IMG/VR virus record: IMGVR_UViG_3300034374_012765
Direction: 5' to 3' (one strand)
Source of the DNA: an uncultured virus (IMG/VR IMGVR_UViG_3300034374_012765)
Taxonomy: Duplodnaviria; Heunggongvirae; Uroviricota; Caudoviricetes
Length of the DNA: 60,629 bases
The notes beneath the pieces are model-generated. The model was not told the DNA's origin. It worked only from the letters and a program-made list of their open reading frames with translations, and ran no database searches. Numbering within the stretch: the stretch's first letter is position 1; every line of letters begins with the position of its first letter. The translations under genes and the position numbers were made by a program. Below, in pieces: positions 29,632-39,101 of the stretch.

Positions 29632-30162
29632 TTAGAATACTCTCTTATTATTAAATGGTACCGTGTAATTGAAAGAATTTCTTATCTGCTTTACGGACTC
29701 AACTAAAGCAAAAACAACCCTCTGTAGATAATAGAGTATCTCAGATTTCTTAGGATCTCTAAATATCACATTAGACATGGTGTTTTGGAAAATCTTCTCC
29801 TTATAATCATAGCCACTTCTTATATTATCATAGGAAGAGTCCCGTATATCGAATAGATTATCCGTAGGATCAAATTGGTAGTACCTCCTCTGCATATTAT
29901 TACCCTGGATTTTCTTCATGATTCCTGTGTATGTATCATTGCTAGAGCAAGGACCATATAGGGTATCACCCTTTGAGCTAACCGTCACCTTTCTATAACC
30001 ACTACATCCAATGTTATAGGATCTCTCCTGTGCCCTTGATATCGTTTTGTAAAGGTCATCGGGGGTTTTAAAAACGGGGGTCTGCGTTTTAAATGCTATA
30101 TTACTCGTAGTGAATGAATATACCTTCTCTCTTTCCAAATATGGGCTATAATCTCTTTTCAT
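29632..30162 (-). CDS. Hypothetical baseplate-associated protein
   Basis: 176 aa between the gp6-like and gp7-like genes; IGCSGY...YGPC Cys pair. Confidence 0.5.
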   Translation of the reverse strand: MKRDYSPYLEREKVYSFTTSNIAFKTQTPVFKTPDDLYKTISRAQERSYNIGCSGYRKVTVSSKGDTLYGPCSSNDTYTGIMKKIQGNNMQRRYYQFDPTDNLFDIRDSSYDNIRSGYDYKEKIFQNTMSNVIFRDPKKSEILYYLQRVVFALVESVKQIRNSFNYTVPFNNKRVF

Positions 30163-30163
30163 A

Positions 30164-31894
30164 TTACCTATTTGAAGCTATTAGATTTGCCTTCGCCTCT
30201 GAATTAAGTTCGTTCATATAATTTCTAGGATTAACAGAAGCGATGGAGATGTTAAGAGCAGACGGTTTGCCCGAGACAATACCCTCCTGGTACTCTACAC
30301 CATTACGATCCTGCCATCCTCCTCTCATCAAAACTAATTCGTCCCTCTGTATTATTATATCACCAAAATCATCAAGACCGATCTGTCTATTCCTTTGTGC
30401 AGCGCTTGCATTTTTGAGACCATCAATAGTTCTGTGATAATTTTCATTTTCCTCTCCAATAAAATAGAAAGAAACTGAATCAATACCCTCAATAGATTCG
30501 AGTATTGCTATTATATCAGACTTTGGTATTCTGTCCCTTCTTTTATTATTCAGCATATACTCGGAAATGGATGTCCTAACCTTATCCTTTATAATCTCAG
30601 GGTCATTTCCTTCGAATATGGAGATAATAGCATTCCCGATAAACCTTCTTATCCTAGGCTCTATGATTTTAACAACAGTGGTAGCTATCATCCTTCCAGA
30701 ATCCTCTATTAGATTCAATATCGAAAGCCTTTGTGAATTGGTCAGAAGGAAGCTTGTCTCCGGGATATCAAAATAATCCTGGTTACTAGTCATAGTAATA
30801 GTAACATCAGGCACAAGAAATATGTAAACCACATTATCATCATCCAAATACTCATCATCAAAGGTAGAAAAGGCCTGTATCTGTGAGAATATATTAAATT
30901 TCTGTAGGTAGATCTCATAATTTTCAGCATTGGCAAACACAAAAGCACGGCTAGTTTTCGGAGCAACTAACCTGGTAACTTCAATAGGCTCCGGATCTGA
31001 ACCAAATGAGGGATCGAGTACACCGGTCACCCTAACATAATCATCTAAGTTAACAGTATTCCCAAATAAATCCTCCCCACTATCCATAAATTTATAGGTA
31101 AGTATCTGGTCCTCTCTACTCTGGAGATTTCCGCTAAATCCAGATGTTTGTAAATACTCTACCCTTATCGTAGCCCCTTGCTGAGGAACTTTACCGAAAT
31201 TAGAATTACCAAAGTAGATATCTATTCCCTCCTGTATACCACTCTTAACCAGGTATCCCTCTTTGTTTAGCGGAATATCATAAAGGGATTCATATCTTTC
31301 CCATTTATTCCCATTCACATATACATCAACATAGAACTGATCTATCAGTGCACCAGCTTTGGAGGGTAAGTTAAAGCTCTGAAGAGCTCTCCCAGTACCG
31401 GTAAAAGTTGAGGATCCGAAAGATCCCTGTACTATCTTGAAGTTAAAAACTGCGGATCTATTAAGAGGTATCTTTACCGAAGGAGATCCAAGGATTACTG
31501 AATAAGGAAGACCGTTTTGTATACACTGAATTCTGGGTGTCCCCTTAAGAATTACCGCACCCCCACCAACATCAGATTCCCGAAGATTCCACCCCAGTGA
31601 AATTTCACCCTGAGCTGCCATGCCTCTGGATGGATCGTGGCCTGCTATTCTAGCTAAACTCTTTATAGAATAATTCCTTGTTGCTTCCTGAATGTTTAAT
31701 TCGGTTATCGAATCCTCGATAAAGTACAGAATCATCTGGGATAGATTTTCTAAGACGAAGAGAATCTGTCCCCAAGCAGATGCAACTGTAAATACATTTC
31801 TAGATTGGTTATAAGTTCTCTGTAGAAACTGATAGGAGTCGTTCAGAAGACCTCCAATTAAAATGTTGTTTTTCTTAAAAATATTTTGTGCCAT
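30164..31894 (-). CDS. gp6: Baseplate wedge protein gp6 / baseplate-J-like
   Basis: EATRNYSIKSLARIAGH, IYFGNSNFGKVP..GATIRVEYLQTSG..GN, GSDPEPIE..R..AP and AENYE motifs; follows gp25. Confidence 0.85.
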   Translation of the reverse strand: MAQNIFKKNNILIGGLLNDSYQFLQRTYNQSRNVFTVASAWGQILFVLENLSQMILYFIEDSITELNIQEATRNYSIKSLARIAGHDPSRGMAAQGEISLGWNLRESDVGGGAVILKGTPRIQCIQNGLPYSVILGSPSVKIPLNRSAVFNFKIVQGSFGSSTFTGTGRALQSFNLPSKAGALIDQFYVDVYVNGNKWERYESLYDIPLNKEGYLVKSGIQEGIDIYFGNSNFGKVPQQGATIRVEYLQTSGFSGNLQSREDQILTYKFMDSGEDLFGNTVNLDDYVRVTGVLDPSFGSDPEPIEVTRLVAPKTSRAFVFANAENYEIYLQKFNIFSQIQAFSTFDDEYLDDDNVVYIFLVPDVTITMTSNQDYFDIPETSFLLTNSQRLSILNLIEDSGRMIATTVVKIIEPRIRRFIGNAIISIFEGNDPEIIKDKVRTSISEYMLNNKRRDRIPKSDIIAILESIEGIDSVSFYFIGEENENYHRTIDGLKNASAAQRNRQIGLDDFGDIIIQRDELVLMRGGWQDRNGVEYQEGIVSGKPSALNISIASVNPRNYMNELNSEAKANLIASNR

Positions 31895-31898
31895 CTTC

Positions 31899-32270
31899 TT
31901 AACTTACTTTCAAAGCAATTGCTGGTGAGGTATTGCTTAAACCCGGAATATAAAAATCTAGGTACGCAATATCCCTATTTGTACCCTGATAAAATTTTAG
32001 ATCGAAATACCCATTAAGTTGGGAAAAAAGAGGAACATAAATCCTAAGATGTTCGTTTATTCTTTCTCTCAGACTAGTTTCGGAAAGGTTCAGAGAAAAA
32101 ACTAGATCCTCTAAATTTAACCCAAATTTAGGATCACCAAGGACCTCTCCCCGATTCGTAATGAGCATCATCTTAAGTTGCCCAACACATATATCGGCAG
32201 GGTTTGTTATCTCAAGGATATTCTCCTTGTAGTTAAAATCTTCTGGATCCTTGTTATAAATTTCGACCAT
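31899..32270 (-). CDS. gp25: Baseplate wedge gp25-like protein
   Basis: MLITNRGEVLGDPKFGLNLEDLVF, the gp25/GpW signature (TxxGERxxxPxFG); 123 aa. Confidence 0.85.
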   Translation of the reverse strand: MVEIYNKDPEDFNYKENILEITNPADICVGQLKMMLITNRGEVLGDPKFGLNLEDLVFSLNLSETSLRERINEHLRIYVPLFSQLNGYFDLKFYQGTNRDIAYLDFYIPGLSNTSPAIALKVS

Positions 32271-32289
32271 TGGGAATTTATTTTCCCAA

Positions 32290-32297
32290 TATATATC
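32290..32297 (-). promoter_or_regulatory. Putative late promoter GATATATA
   Basis: Intergenic, upstream of gp25. Confidence 0.6.
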
Positions 32298-32301
32298 GAG
32301 A

Positions 32302-33078
32302 TTAATTCCACTGTAAGAAATAGGAAGGAGTATTCTCTCCGTTGATCATATCCATCACTTCTTGAAGCTCTTTTTCACCGTCGCTTCTAAGCTCAGAAGT
32401 ATTAACACTAACCCCACCAGGAAGGTTATAATTGAATGCACTTAGGACTCTGGATAGGCTTATCTTGGATTTAGCTAGGCAATATCTTATGAACAGCTCA
32501 TCGTCATATAAATCATCATCATCTATCGCGACAAAACATCTAACAGCAACGTCCATTCCATTCTGGTCATACCCTGTACCAACCCCTGACATGCCAGATC
32601 TATTGGGGTCCCTACCCAATATGGTTAGTTTTTTAGTGTTCTTATTCCACTTAAATGCATAAGTAGGCAATAGATAAGCTTGAGCAAGATCAAAATAGGA
32701 ATACATGACAGTACGATAAACTAAATTATCCCCAGTAAAGGGTGATAATAGAAGCTCAGATCCTAGGAGTTTAGAATCTCCAAAGTCTCTATCTGGGGTT
32801 CCTGATATACCCATTCCATTAACTTCTCTCACATCATATACAGTGACTATAGAAGGAGGGAGCTGTATTTGTCTAGTGTTTCTAAAACTAGGATTTGCAA
32901 AAAGATTATTAGCCAGTATAAATACCCGATCTTCTACGGCATATTGATAGTTATCGTACATATAATCCCTCGCCCTTCTAATGATTCTGTGTATTTCATC
33001 ATCATTTAGGTTATAAGGCAGCGAGCAGCTTGCCGATAAATCATCTTTAATCTCCTGTACTAATTCCTCTAATGTCAT
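32302..33078 (-). CDS. gp13: Neck / head-completion protein gp13-like
   Basis: C-terminal LPGGVSVN..LRSDGEKELQEV and FKWNKNTKKLTILG are typical of T4-like gp13. Confidence 0.8.
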   Translation of the reverse strand: MTLEELVQEIKDDLSASCSLPYNLNDDEIHRIIRRARDYMYDNYQYAVEDRVFILANNLFANPSFRNTRQIQLPPSIVTVYDVREVNGMGISGTPDRDFGDSKLLGSELLLSPFTGDNLVYRTVMYSYFDLAQAYLLPTYAFKWNKNTKKLTILGRDPNRSGMSGVGTGYDQNGMDVAVRCFVAIDDDDLYDDELFIRYCLAKSKISLSRVLSAFNYNLPGGVSVNTSELRSDGEKELQEVMDMINGENTPSYFLQWN

Positions 33079-33079
33079 C

Positions 33080-34477
33080 TCAATAATTCTGATTTTTAAA
33101 TATTATCCTGCGAATAGGATCATTCAGATTCTTAAGTCTAGAGTCTGTTATAAATCTACTCTGTCTTATATCACTGAATCCTTTTACCTCCTCTGTTTCC
33201 TTACTAACGTTGGCGCTGCTACCCAGATCAGCTTTTCTAATCACACCACCGTTAACTTCACAGTTTATCATTTTCCTCGGACAATCGATATAGCAGGAAT
33301 CTAAAAGATTCCCGTAATCGGCACTGGTATTATGAACCTTACTGTTATAAACCTTATTAGAATTGGCAATTTGTGACTCCAAAATTTCAGAATCCTTCAC
33401 CTCGCAACCATATAGGTTACAGTTAGCCAATTTGCAATTTCTAATTTTACAGTCTATCAGATCAAGATCAGAAAGATATCCAGACCCTTTGCACTTAGCG
33501 TTTTTCAATTGAAATCTACCAGTAGAGGTATCATAGTTAAAGAACGCATATTTAACCCCACCTTCAACTATTATATCAAATACCTTCTCGCGAATAACCG
33601 GAAAATAAGTCTTTATATTTTCCTCGTAACCCTTGAGGTCGACAAGTAGATGAAAATCAGGAAAATTCATAAAGAAAGACTCAGGGTCAGAAAAACTTCT
33701 AACTACCTTTGTGTACTCCTTCATCATCTCCTGAAGTCTCTTGAGGTCGGATTGACTATAAACCCTCTTTCCTGAAAGTATGTCATAGAGATATAATACC
33801 ACATAATCGACAACTTCCCGTATGGCGGAGATTTTCTTCTGATAGTCCTTCCCACCTAGGTATCTTATTTCTAGGTATCCCTTAGGGACTTTCGTGAAAT
33901 TAGCACCGTAATACTTCTCCTCTGGTATTTTAAAAAGTCTAGGATCTATGGATGAGATATTCTCGAGTATAGAAAATCTATTCCTTGGAACTATTTTCTT
34001 AACCGATTTAGCATAAACGTTATTGGTTCTATTACCAAACTTGGAATAAATCAAGCCTTCGTCTATACCAAGAACGAACTTAAGCTTATCCAGCTCTTCC
34101 ATTTTTTGCAAATCCCGGTTAGCTTTAGAAAAGCTGACCGAAAATTGGAAGGCACACTTGTCGCTTGTCCATCCATTTTCATCAATCCACCTTAAGGTCT
34201 TAATTAAAATGGGTATAGCCTCCACGTATGGAAGGGGACCAGTAATAAGCTCATTCATGTTAGATCCACCGGAATAATCAGGCTCCAACTTAAAGGTATC
34301 AGAAGTAACCGGGACCTTCGAGTGATATTTATTGCTCAGGACTACCTTCTTACCAAGGAGTTTGGACAACTGATCCACTATTCTCCCCCTAACCATCTCC
34401 GAGTAAAATTCGAACTCAAATCCGATAAGAGAAGAGGCTAAAGCAGTAGCTTTATCAAAGTGGGTATCCTTACTCAT
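33080..34477 (-). CDS. Putative amidoligase (COOH-NH2 ligase) family protein with a C-terminal beta-helix repeat region
   Basis: IGFEFEF, EPDYS..NELITGP, KYYGANF and YLEIRYLGG motifs; start MSKDTH overlaps the S1 stop (ATGAGTAA). Confidence 0.7.
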   Translation of the reverse strand: MSKDTHFDKATALASSLIGFEFEFYSEMVRGRIVDQLSKLLGKKVVLSNKYHSKVPVTSDTFKLEPDYSGGSNMNELITGPLPYVEAIPILIKTLRWIDENGWTSDKCAFQFSVSFSKANRDLQKMEELDKLKFVLGIDEGLIYSKFGNRTNNVYAKSVKKIVPRNRFSILENISSIDPRLFKIPEEKYYGANFTKVPKGYLEIRYLGGKDYQKKISAIREVVDYVVLYLYDILSGKRVYSQSDLKRLQEMMKEYTKVVRSFSDPESFFMNFPDFHLLVDLKGYEENIKTYFPVIREKVFDIIVEGGVKYAFFNYDTSTGRFQLKNAKCKGSGYLSDLDLIDCKIRNCKLANCNLYGCEVKDSEILESQIANSNKVYNSKVHNTSADYGNLLDSCYIDCPRKMINCEVNGGVIRKADLGSSANVSKETEEVKGFSDIRQSRFITDSRLKNLNDPIRRIIFKNQNY

Positions 34478-35627
34478 CCAGTGGTTTAGCAAATATTTTT
34501 CCCATTACAGCATCAACTTCATATATCTCAACAAGAACAGAATCTCCAGATTTTAGACCTTTATGGTCTCTTGTCATGCGTCCTTGAGGAATCATAGCCA
34601 TCAAGTCAAGTTCTGGAATTTCTATCAAAGCTCCATTCTTTCTTTTGTGCTTTATTATTGCCTTTACTGGCTCATGTGTACCATCATCAACGTCCTTTTT
34701 AAGGTCATATACGCGAACGGTCTTTTCTAAAGGACCTCCAAAAGTCAAGGTAAGCCTGTTATCGTCCTTAACCTCCTTAACATAGAATTCTATCTCGTCT
34801 CCAGCTCTAAACCCTTCAACCACATGATTCTCAAATTCAGTCTTGTGTATAAGACCAGTATAGATATCCTCCCATTCCACGAAAACTCCGAATTTAGAAG
34901 TGCCAGTAACATAACCCTTGTATTTCTTGGTCAAATCCAATTCCTGTATCTTCTGATCCATTATCTTCTCCAAATACTTCTTATAAGAAACTACGAATAT
35001 TCCTTTATGCTGTACATAACCATCTATCATAACGTAGATAACCTTCCCGATGTATGAGTCGAAGTCAGTTATCTTATTAGCAGCAGCAAGAGATCCAGGG
35101 AGAAAGCATTCAATTCCTTGCACATCCACGAGATATCCACCTTTATTAACAGATTTTATTCTGGCTTCATAGGCAAGACTTTCCTTATGAATCTGTTCAA
35201 AGAATTCGATCTTCATATCATTAATAAATCCATCAACAACCGAACCATAATAAGTACCCATTACATTCCTGACTGTGGTGTTAACCTTAGTCCCTACTGA
35301 AAAATCTAATCCGGAAATACCAAGTCTTTTAGCGTCCTTGATCTCTTTTGCCAGATCTATGTAAATGGACTGGCCACTATCGGTCTGGGCTATGCAGTAT
35401 TCGTCGTTGGACCGGAGGATTTCACACTCGTACGAGTTACCTGTTATGAGGTCTTTAGTATAGGCTTTATCTCCCATGAAGTCAAACATTTTATCATAAA
35501 CATCCTGCGCATAAGGCTCATGACAATAAACTTTGGAACCATCCTTGGTTCTCACTTTTTGGTTTACGGTAAATCCATTGGGTACGTCCCAGTTAAAGTC
35601 CTCAATCGGAGTGTTTTGTTCGATCAT
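34470..35627 (-). CDS. rpsA: Ribosomal protein bS1-like multi-S1-domain RNA-binding protein
   Basis: About four OB/S1 repeats, including ARIKSVNKGGYLVDVQGIECFLPGS and YKGYVTGTSKFGVFVEW..TGLIHKTE. Confidence 0.85.
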   Translation of the reverse strand: MIEQNTPIEDFNWDVPNGFTVNQKVRTKDGSKVYCHEPYAQDVYDKMFDFMGDKAYTKDLITGNSYECEILRSNDEYCIAQTDSGQSIYIDLAKEIKDAKRLGISGLDFSVGTKVNTTVRNVMGTYYGSVVDGFINDMKIEFFEQIHKESLAYEARIKSVNKGGYLVDVQGIECFLPGSLAAANKITDFDSYIGKVIYVMIDGYVQHKGIFVVSYKKYLEKIMDQKIQELDLTKKYKGYVTGTSKFGVFVEWEDIYTGLIHKTEFENHVVEGFRAGDEIEFYVKEVKDDNRLTLTFGGPLEKTVRVYDLKKDVDDGTHEPVKAIIKHKRKNGALIEIPELDLMAMIPQGRMTRDHKGLKSGDSVLVEIYEVDAVMGKIFAKPLDE

Positions 35628-35656
35628 TTTTTTTGTATTAAAGTGTTATAACCACT

Positions 35657-35664
35657 TATATATC
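35657..35664 (-). promoter_or_regulatory. Putative late promoter GATATATA
   Basis: Intergenic, upstream of the S1 gene. Confidence 0.6.
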
Positions 35665-35693
35665 TAATACAAAAAAACTAAATAAGCCGATTC

Positions 35694-38426
35694 CTACTCC
35701 ATTACGGAGGGCATGATTAAATATCGGATAAGATAGAATTCCCTGTTAATCCGGATACGCAAAGCACTCGATTCAATTAAATCAGGATATTCAGAATTTA
35801 TTACCCTATATCTGTTCAAAGCAGTTCTTACACTACCCGAAAAAAGAGTATTCTTATTACCATCCGAATCCACACCAGGTATGTTAATCTGTGCATTCTC
35901 CAAACTCAAAACGGATAAGTCATTAAGATTATCATCGCGCAAAGTGTATAAAACTGCTAGAAACACCTTCACGCTATCACCAATCTCAGTCAATTTTCTC
36001 TCCCCCCAATAAAAAGAAGATCTCACTGGATAAAGAGGTTCATAAACATAGCCAGCATCACCTATAGGTATATTATAAAAAGATGAACCAGTCGCACTGG
36101 ATGATTCGGGGAGCTTGTTTTTATAAACGGAAGTACTCATACCATTATCCATCAACTGATCCGAAAGGTCATAAAAGAAAGTCTCTATTGGGGAGTTTCC
36201 GTCGATATCATAAGTGATAGAATACCAAAGATCCCTATCATCAGAACTATAAGAACCAAAAGTTCCCTTTTTAGTCCCTTGCCAATACCAGCTATTTGTC
36301 TTGTTAGTAACTAAAAGGTCTAGAACTTCATTTATGGATTCTACTGTAAGATCTGATAAACCCGCACCCTCACCAGGGGAGCCTATACCAAATAAACTCC
36401 TTACAACAGCAGGAAATAAAGATGGAACCTCAGCAGCTAACCCGCCAACGACGGCAATTATACCCTTTATGGACTCCCAAACCCCTATAAGCTTAATTGG
36501 GAGATATTTTTCTATAATATAAAGAGATACCTTATTTGGGTTATCAACGGTCAGATATGATTCAAATTCGCTCTGATTTATTCCCCTAATAATTTTCTCT
36601 ATATCGCTAAGACCCTCGTAGTCGCTTTCCTTGACATCACTCAGAACTCCATATTCGACGTATTTGTTTTCTACCTTTCTGTAGGAAACCCTAAAGACGG
36701 AGTAGTCAGAATCTACACTCAACCTAATCAAGTCACCAGGATTTACATTAATAAGGGAACCGAGAGAATTTTTAACGTCATCACTTACTAAAGAAACCCT
36801 CATCGTAGTAATATCCTTCACATTTCTAGAATTAGCAGAAATTTGCCCCTCCTCAGGAACAATAAGTTCCCCACTAAAGCTATACGGGAAGGTGACAGGG
36901 AAAGTGTCTAGATCCTCATTTTTTATTTGTCCTCTGATGGAATCAAAGAAATCTCCATTTGGCTGATATGAGCTAAGACCTCTAGAAAAAGCACCACAGA
37001 CCATATCGCTTATCAGCGGTTTTAACCCACGGTTAGAATCAGAAGGATCAACTTTGGCCTCCTCGTACGGCATAATAGTTGTAATCGCAGGTGAAATATA
37101 GGGTTCTAAAAACTGGAGGAAAGCCTCAGATATGAGATCACATATAAGGCCGAGAGGGTCAGTGAGACCTTTAATTACAGTCCTTATCAATGATATTGGA
37201 TTAGTTATTTTTTCAGCCAATCCTTTCAGGACCCCCAGTATCACCTTAATAGGTAAGAGGAGTAGCTTTAAATAATTGAGAAGTATTCTGATTAAGAAAA
37301 AAGGATTCTCGGCTCCTATCTGTAACACTCTGGCAAAAGATACCAAATCCTCTTTACTACTTTCGGTTAAATCCGGAGATCCGCTTAGTGTAGTTTCCTG
37401 TATTTTGGTAAAATCTATCTTCGGGAACTTCCCCTCAAAAACCCCAGAAAGAACCTCATCATATGCAATCCCAGACTGATTTGAGAGCTGATCTAGGTAT
37501 TGCCTGGTTGGAGAGTCTGGGGAAACATCAGAGAAATCCCCAAGAACTAAATTTATTCTTGAAAGTCCCGGAAAACTAAGTCCAAGAACCGAGAATGGTA
37601 TGGAGATCCTACCATTTGAAGTAAAGTCACGAAGTGCGAGCCTTCGGGAAGACCTAAGGGAAGCACTGGAGAATCCAGGAATAACTACACTTCCATCCCC
37701 AGGAACCTCCTCAACATTCAGCGATTTTATCTCTAAATCGATCCTATAATAAGGATCTGAAGAATTTATTTTTCTGACAGAAGTAACCTCAAAAACCCCA
37801 TATTTTCCATCACTACTCACCTCTATCTCATCTCCACTTTTAAGTAATCCGAGGGATCCATTATTATCCTCGACGTCGGTTACTTCGCTAACGTTTATCG
37901 AGGTTAGATTCTCTATCCCGGAAGACGTTGTTGTTATTTGTCCATCCGAGGGTGCTTGATTGATGTTATATGTTATGGAATATGAGAACCGATCAAGCTC
38001 GTCGTCTACATTATCGGGAGATGATGAATTAATAAGACTCTTCAACCTTCCTATATCACCACCAACGTCAGCCAAATTTAAAGATATAGGGAATGGGAAT
38101 TCCTTAAGCTGCTCATTTATGCCCTCATCCAGCATGAATTGGAGGGGATTAGAAAATAGGGTCCTTATCGAGGAGAGTGTTTCTCTAATCTCACGAATTC
38201 CGCTACTCATTATCTTTTTACCCATAAAAATGGGAGCAAATGCTGTAGCTAAGCTTCTCTCGAAAGTCCTTATCTGTAGCTTAATCAAAAGTCCAAGTCC
38301 AAATAGGTTTGAATTGGGTATTTTGAATTTACTGTCGCTTACTATACTGTCAGCGGTGTCATTTACCCTGTCTATAAATGCGTTAATTTCCGCATCTTCC
38401 AATATCTTGTCGGGTAATACAGCCAT
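35694..38426 (-). CDS. Large hypothetical protein with hydrophobic helices and an internal domain duplication
   Basis: 910 aa directly after the gp5-like gene; amphipathic/hydrophobic helices (FFLIRILLNYLKLLLLPIKVILGVL). Confidence 0.6.
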   Translation of the reverse strand: MAVLPDKILEDAEINAFIDRVNDTADSIVSDSKFKIPNSNLFGLGLLIKLQIRTFERSLATAFAPIFMGKKIMSSGIREIRETLSSIRTLFSNPLQFMLDEGINEQLKEFPFPISLNLADVGGDIGRLKSLINSSSPDNVDDELDRFSYSITYNINQAPSDGQITTTSSGIENLTSINVSEVTDVEDNNGSLGLLKSGDEIEVSSDGKYGVFEVTSVRKINSSDPYYRIDLEIKSLNVEEVPGDGSVVIPGFSSASLRSSRRLALRDFTSNGRISIPFSVLGLSFPGLSRINLVLGDFSDVSPDSPTRQYLDQLSNQSGIAYDEVLSGVFEGKFPKIDFTKIQETTLSGSPDLTESSKEDLVSFARVLQIGAENPFFLIRILLNYLKLLLLPIKVILGVLKGLAEKITNPISLIRTVIKGLTDPLGLICDLISEAFLQFLEPYISPAITTIMPYEEAKVDPSDSNRGLKPLISDMVCGAFSRGLSSYQPNGDFFDSIRGQIKNEDLDTFPVTFPYSFSGELIVPEEGQISANSRNVKDITTMRVSLVSDDVKNSLGSLINVNPGDLIRLSVDSDYSVFRVSYRKVENKYVEYGVLSDVKESDYEGLSDIEKIIRGINQSEFESYLTVDNPNKVSLYIIEKYLPIKLIGVWESIKGIIAVVGGLAAEVPSLFPAVVRSLFGIGSPGEGAGLSDLTVESINEVLDLLVTNKTNSWYWQGTKKGTFGSYSSDDRDLWYSITYDIDGNSPIETFFYDLSDQLMDNGMSTSVYKNKLPESSSATGSSFYNIPIGDAGYVYEPLYPVRSSFYWGERKLTEIGDSVKVFLAVLYTLRDDNLNDLSVLSLENAQINIPGVDSDGNKNTLFSGSVRTALNRYRVINSEYPDLIESSALRIRINREFYLIRYLIMPSVME

Positions 38427-38429
38427 TCA

Positions 38430-39098
38430 TTATTTGGTTTTGGATACATTGGAAAGGTGAGACGGATCAGAAGGAATTACAGGAGGAGAAGTAGGGGCTC
38501 CCAGGTTCCCCAGATGCGTATGGGAATTAAAGTAACTTTGGAAAATGTTTCCCTTTATTACAGACTCCGTTGCAGCTTCACCAAGCTCTATATTGTTGCA
38601 ATTAACAATGACTTTATTATTCTCCATCCTTATCTGATCGTTACCCATCTCAACCACTATTCTTAATTCACCATCGTCCTGAGTATCCAATTGTACCTTG
38701 GCATCACCAAGGATCAGATTAAGTCCTTTCTTCTGCGTGTAGAATATCTGAAGTGGACCAGGTACAGCATCATTATCATAAATCAAGGAATGAGCTCCCT
38801 CGTACGAATCAGAGATTTCAGACAACAAATCGGGCGAGGTTTCCCAATCGGAATAGTAATTCATTCTATAGTAGTTCTGCCCGTCGAAATCAACAGCCAC
38901 TACCGCTCCGATTCGAGGAACAGAAATATTTCCCTTACCCCCTCTACCAAAGGAGGGATTTTGTACCTGACTAGCCCAGGGGATATCCTCCGTTTCCAAT
39001 CCATCGAAGAGTCCAAAAACCCGGATCTTTGCCCTACCAGATTTCTGGGGATCATCAATATCTACTATTTCTCCTAAGTATATCTTTGGATTTGCCAT
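38430..39098 (-). CDS. gp5: Baseplate central spike, gp5/gpV-like
   Basis: OB-fold YLGEIVDIDDPQKSGRAKIRVFG..IPWA..VPRIGAVV; C-terminal HTH (HxH) apex motif followed by GAPTSPP. Confidence 0.88.
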   Translation of the reverse strand: MANPKIYLGEIVDIDDPQKSGRAKIRVFGLFDGLETEDIPWASQVQNPSFGRGGKGNISVPRIGAVVAVDFDGQNYYRMNYYSDWETSPDLLSEISDSYEGAHSLIYDNDAVPGPLQIFYTQKKGLNLILGDAKVQLDTQDDGELRIVVEMGNDQIRMENNKVIVNCNNIELGEAATESVIKGNIFQSYFNSHTHLGNLGAPTSPPVIPSDPSHLSNVSKTK

Positions 39099-39101
39099 CT
39101 G

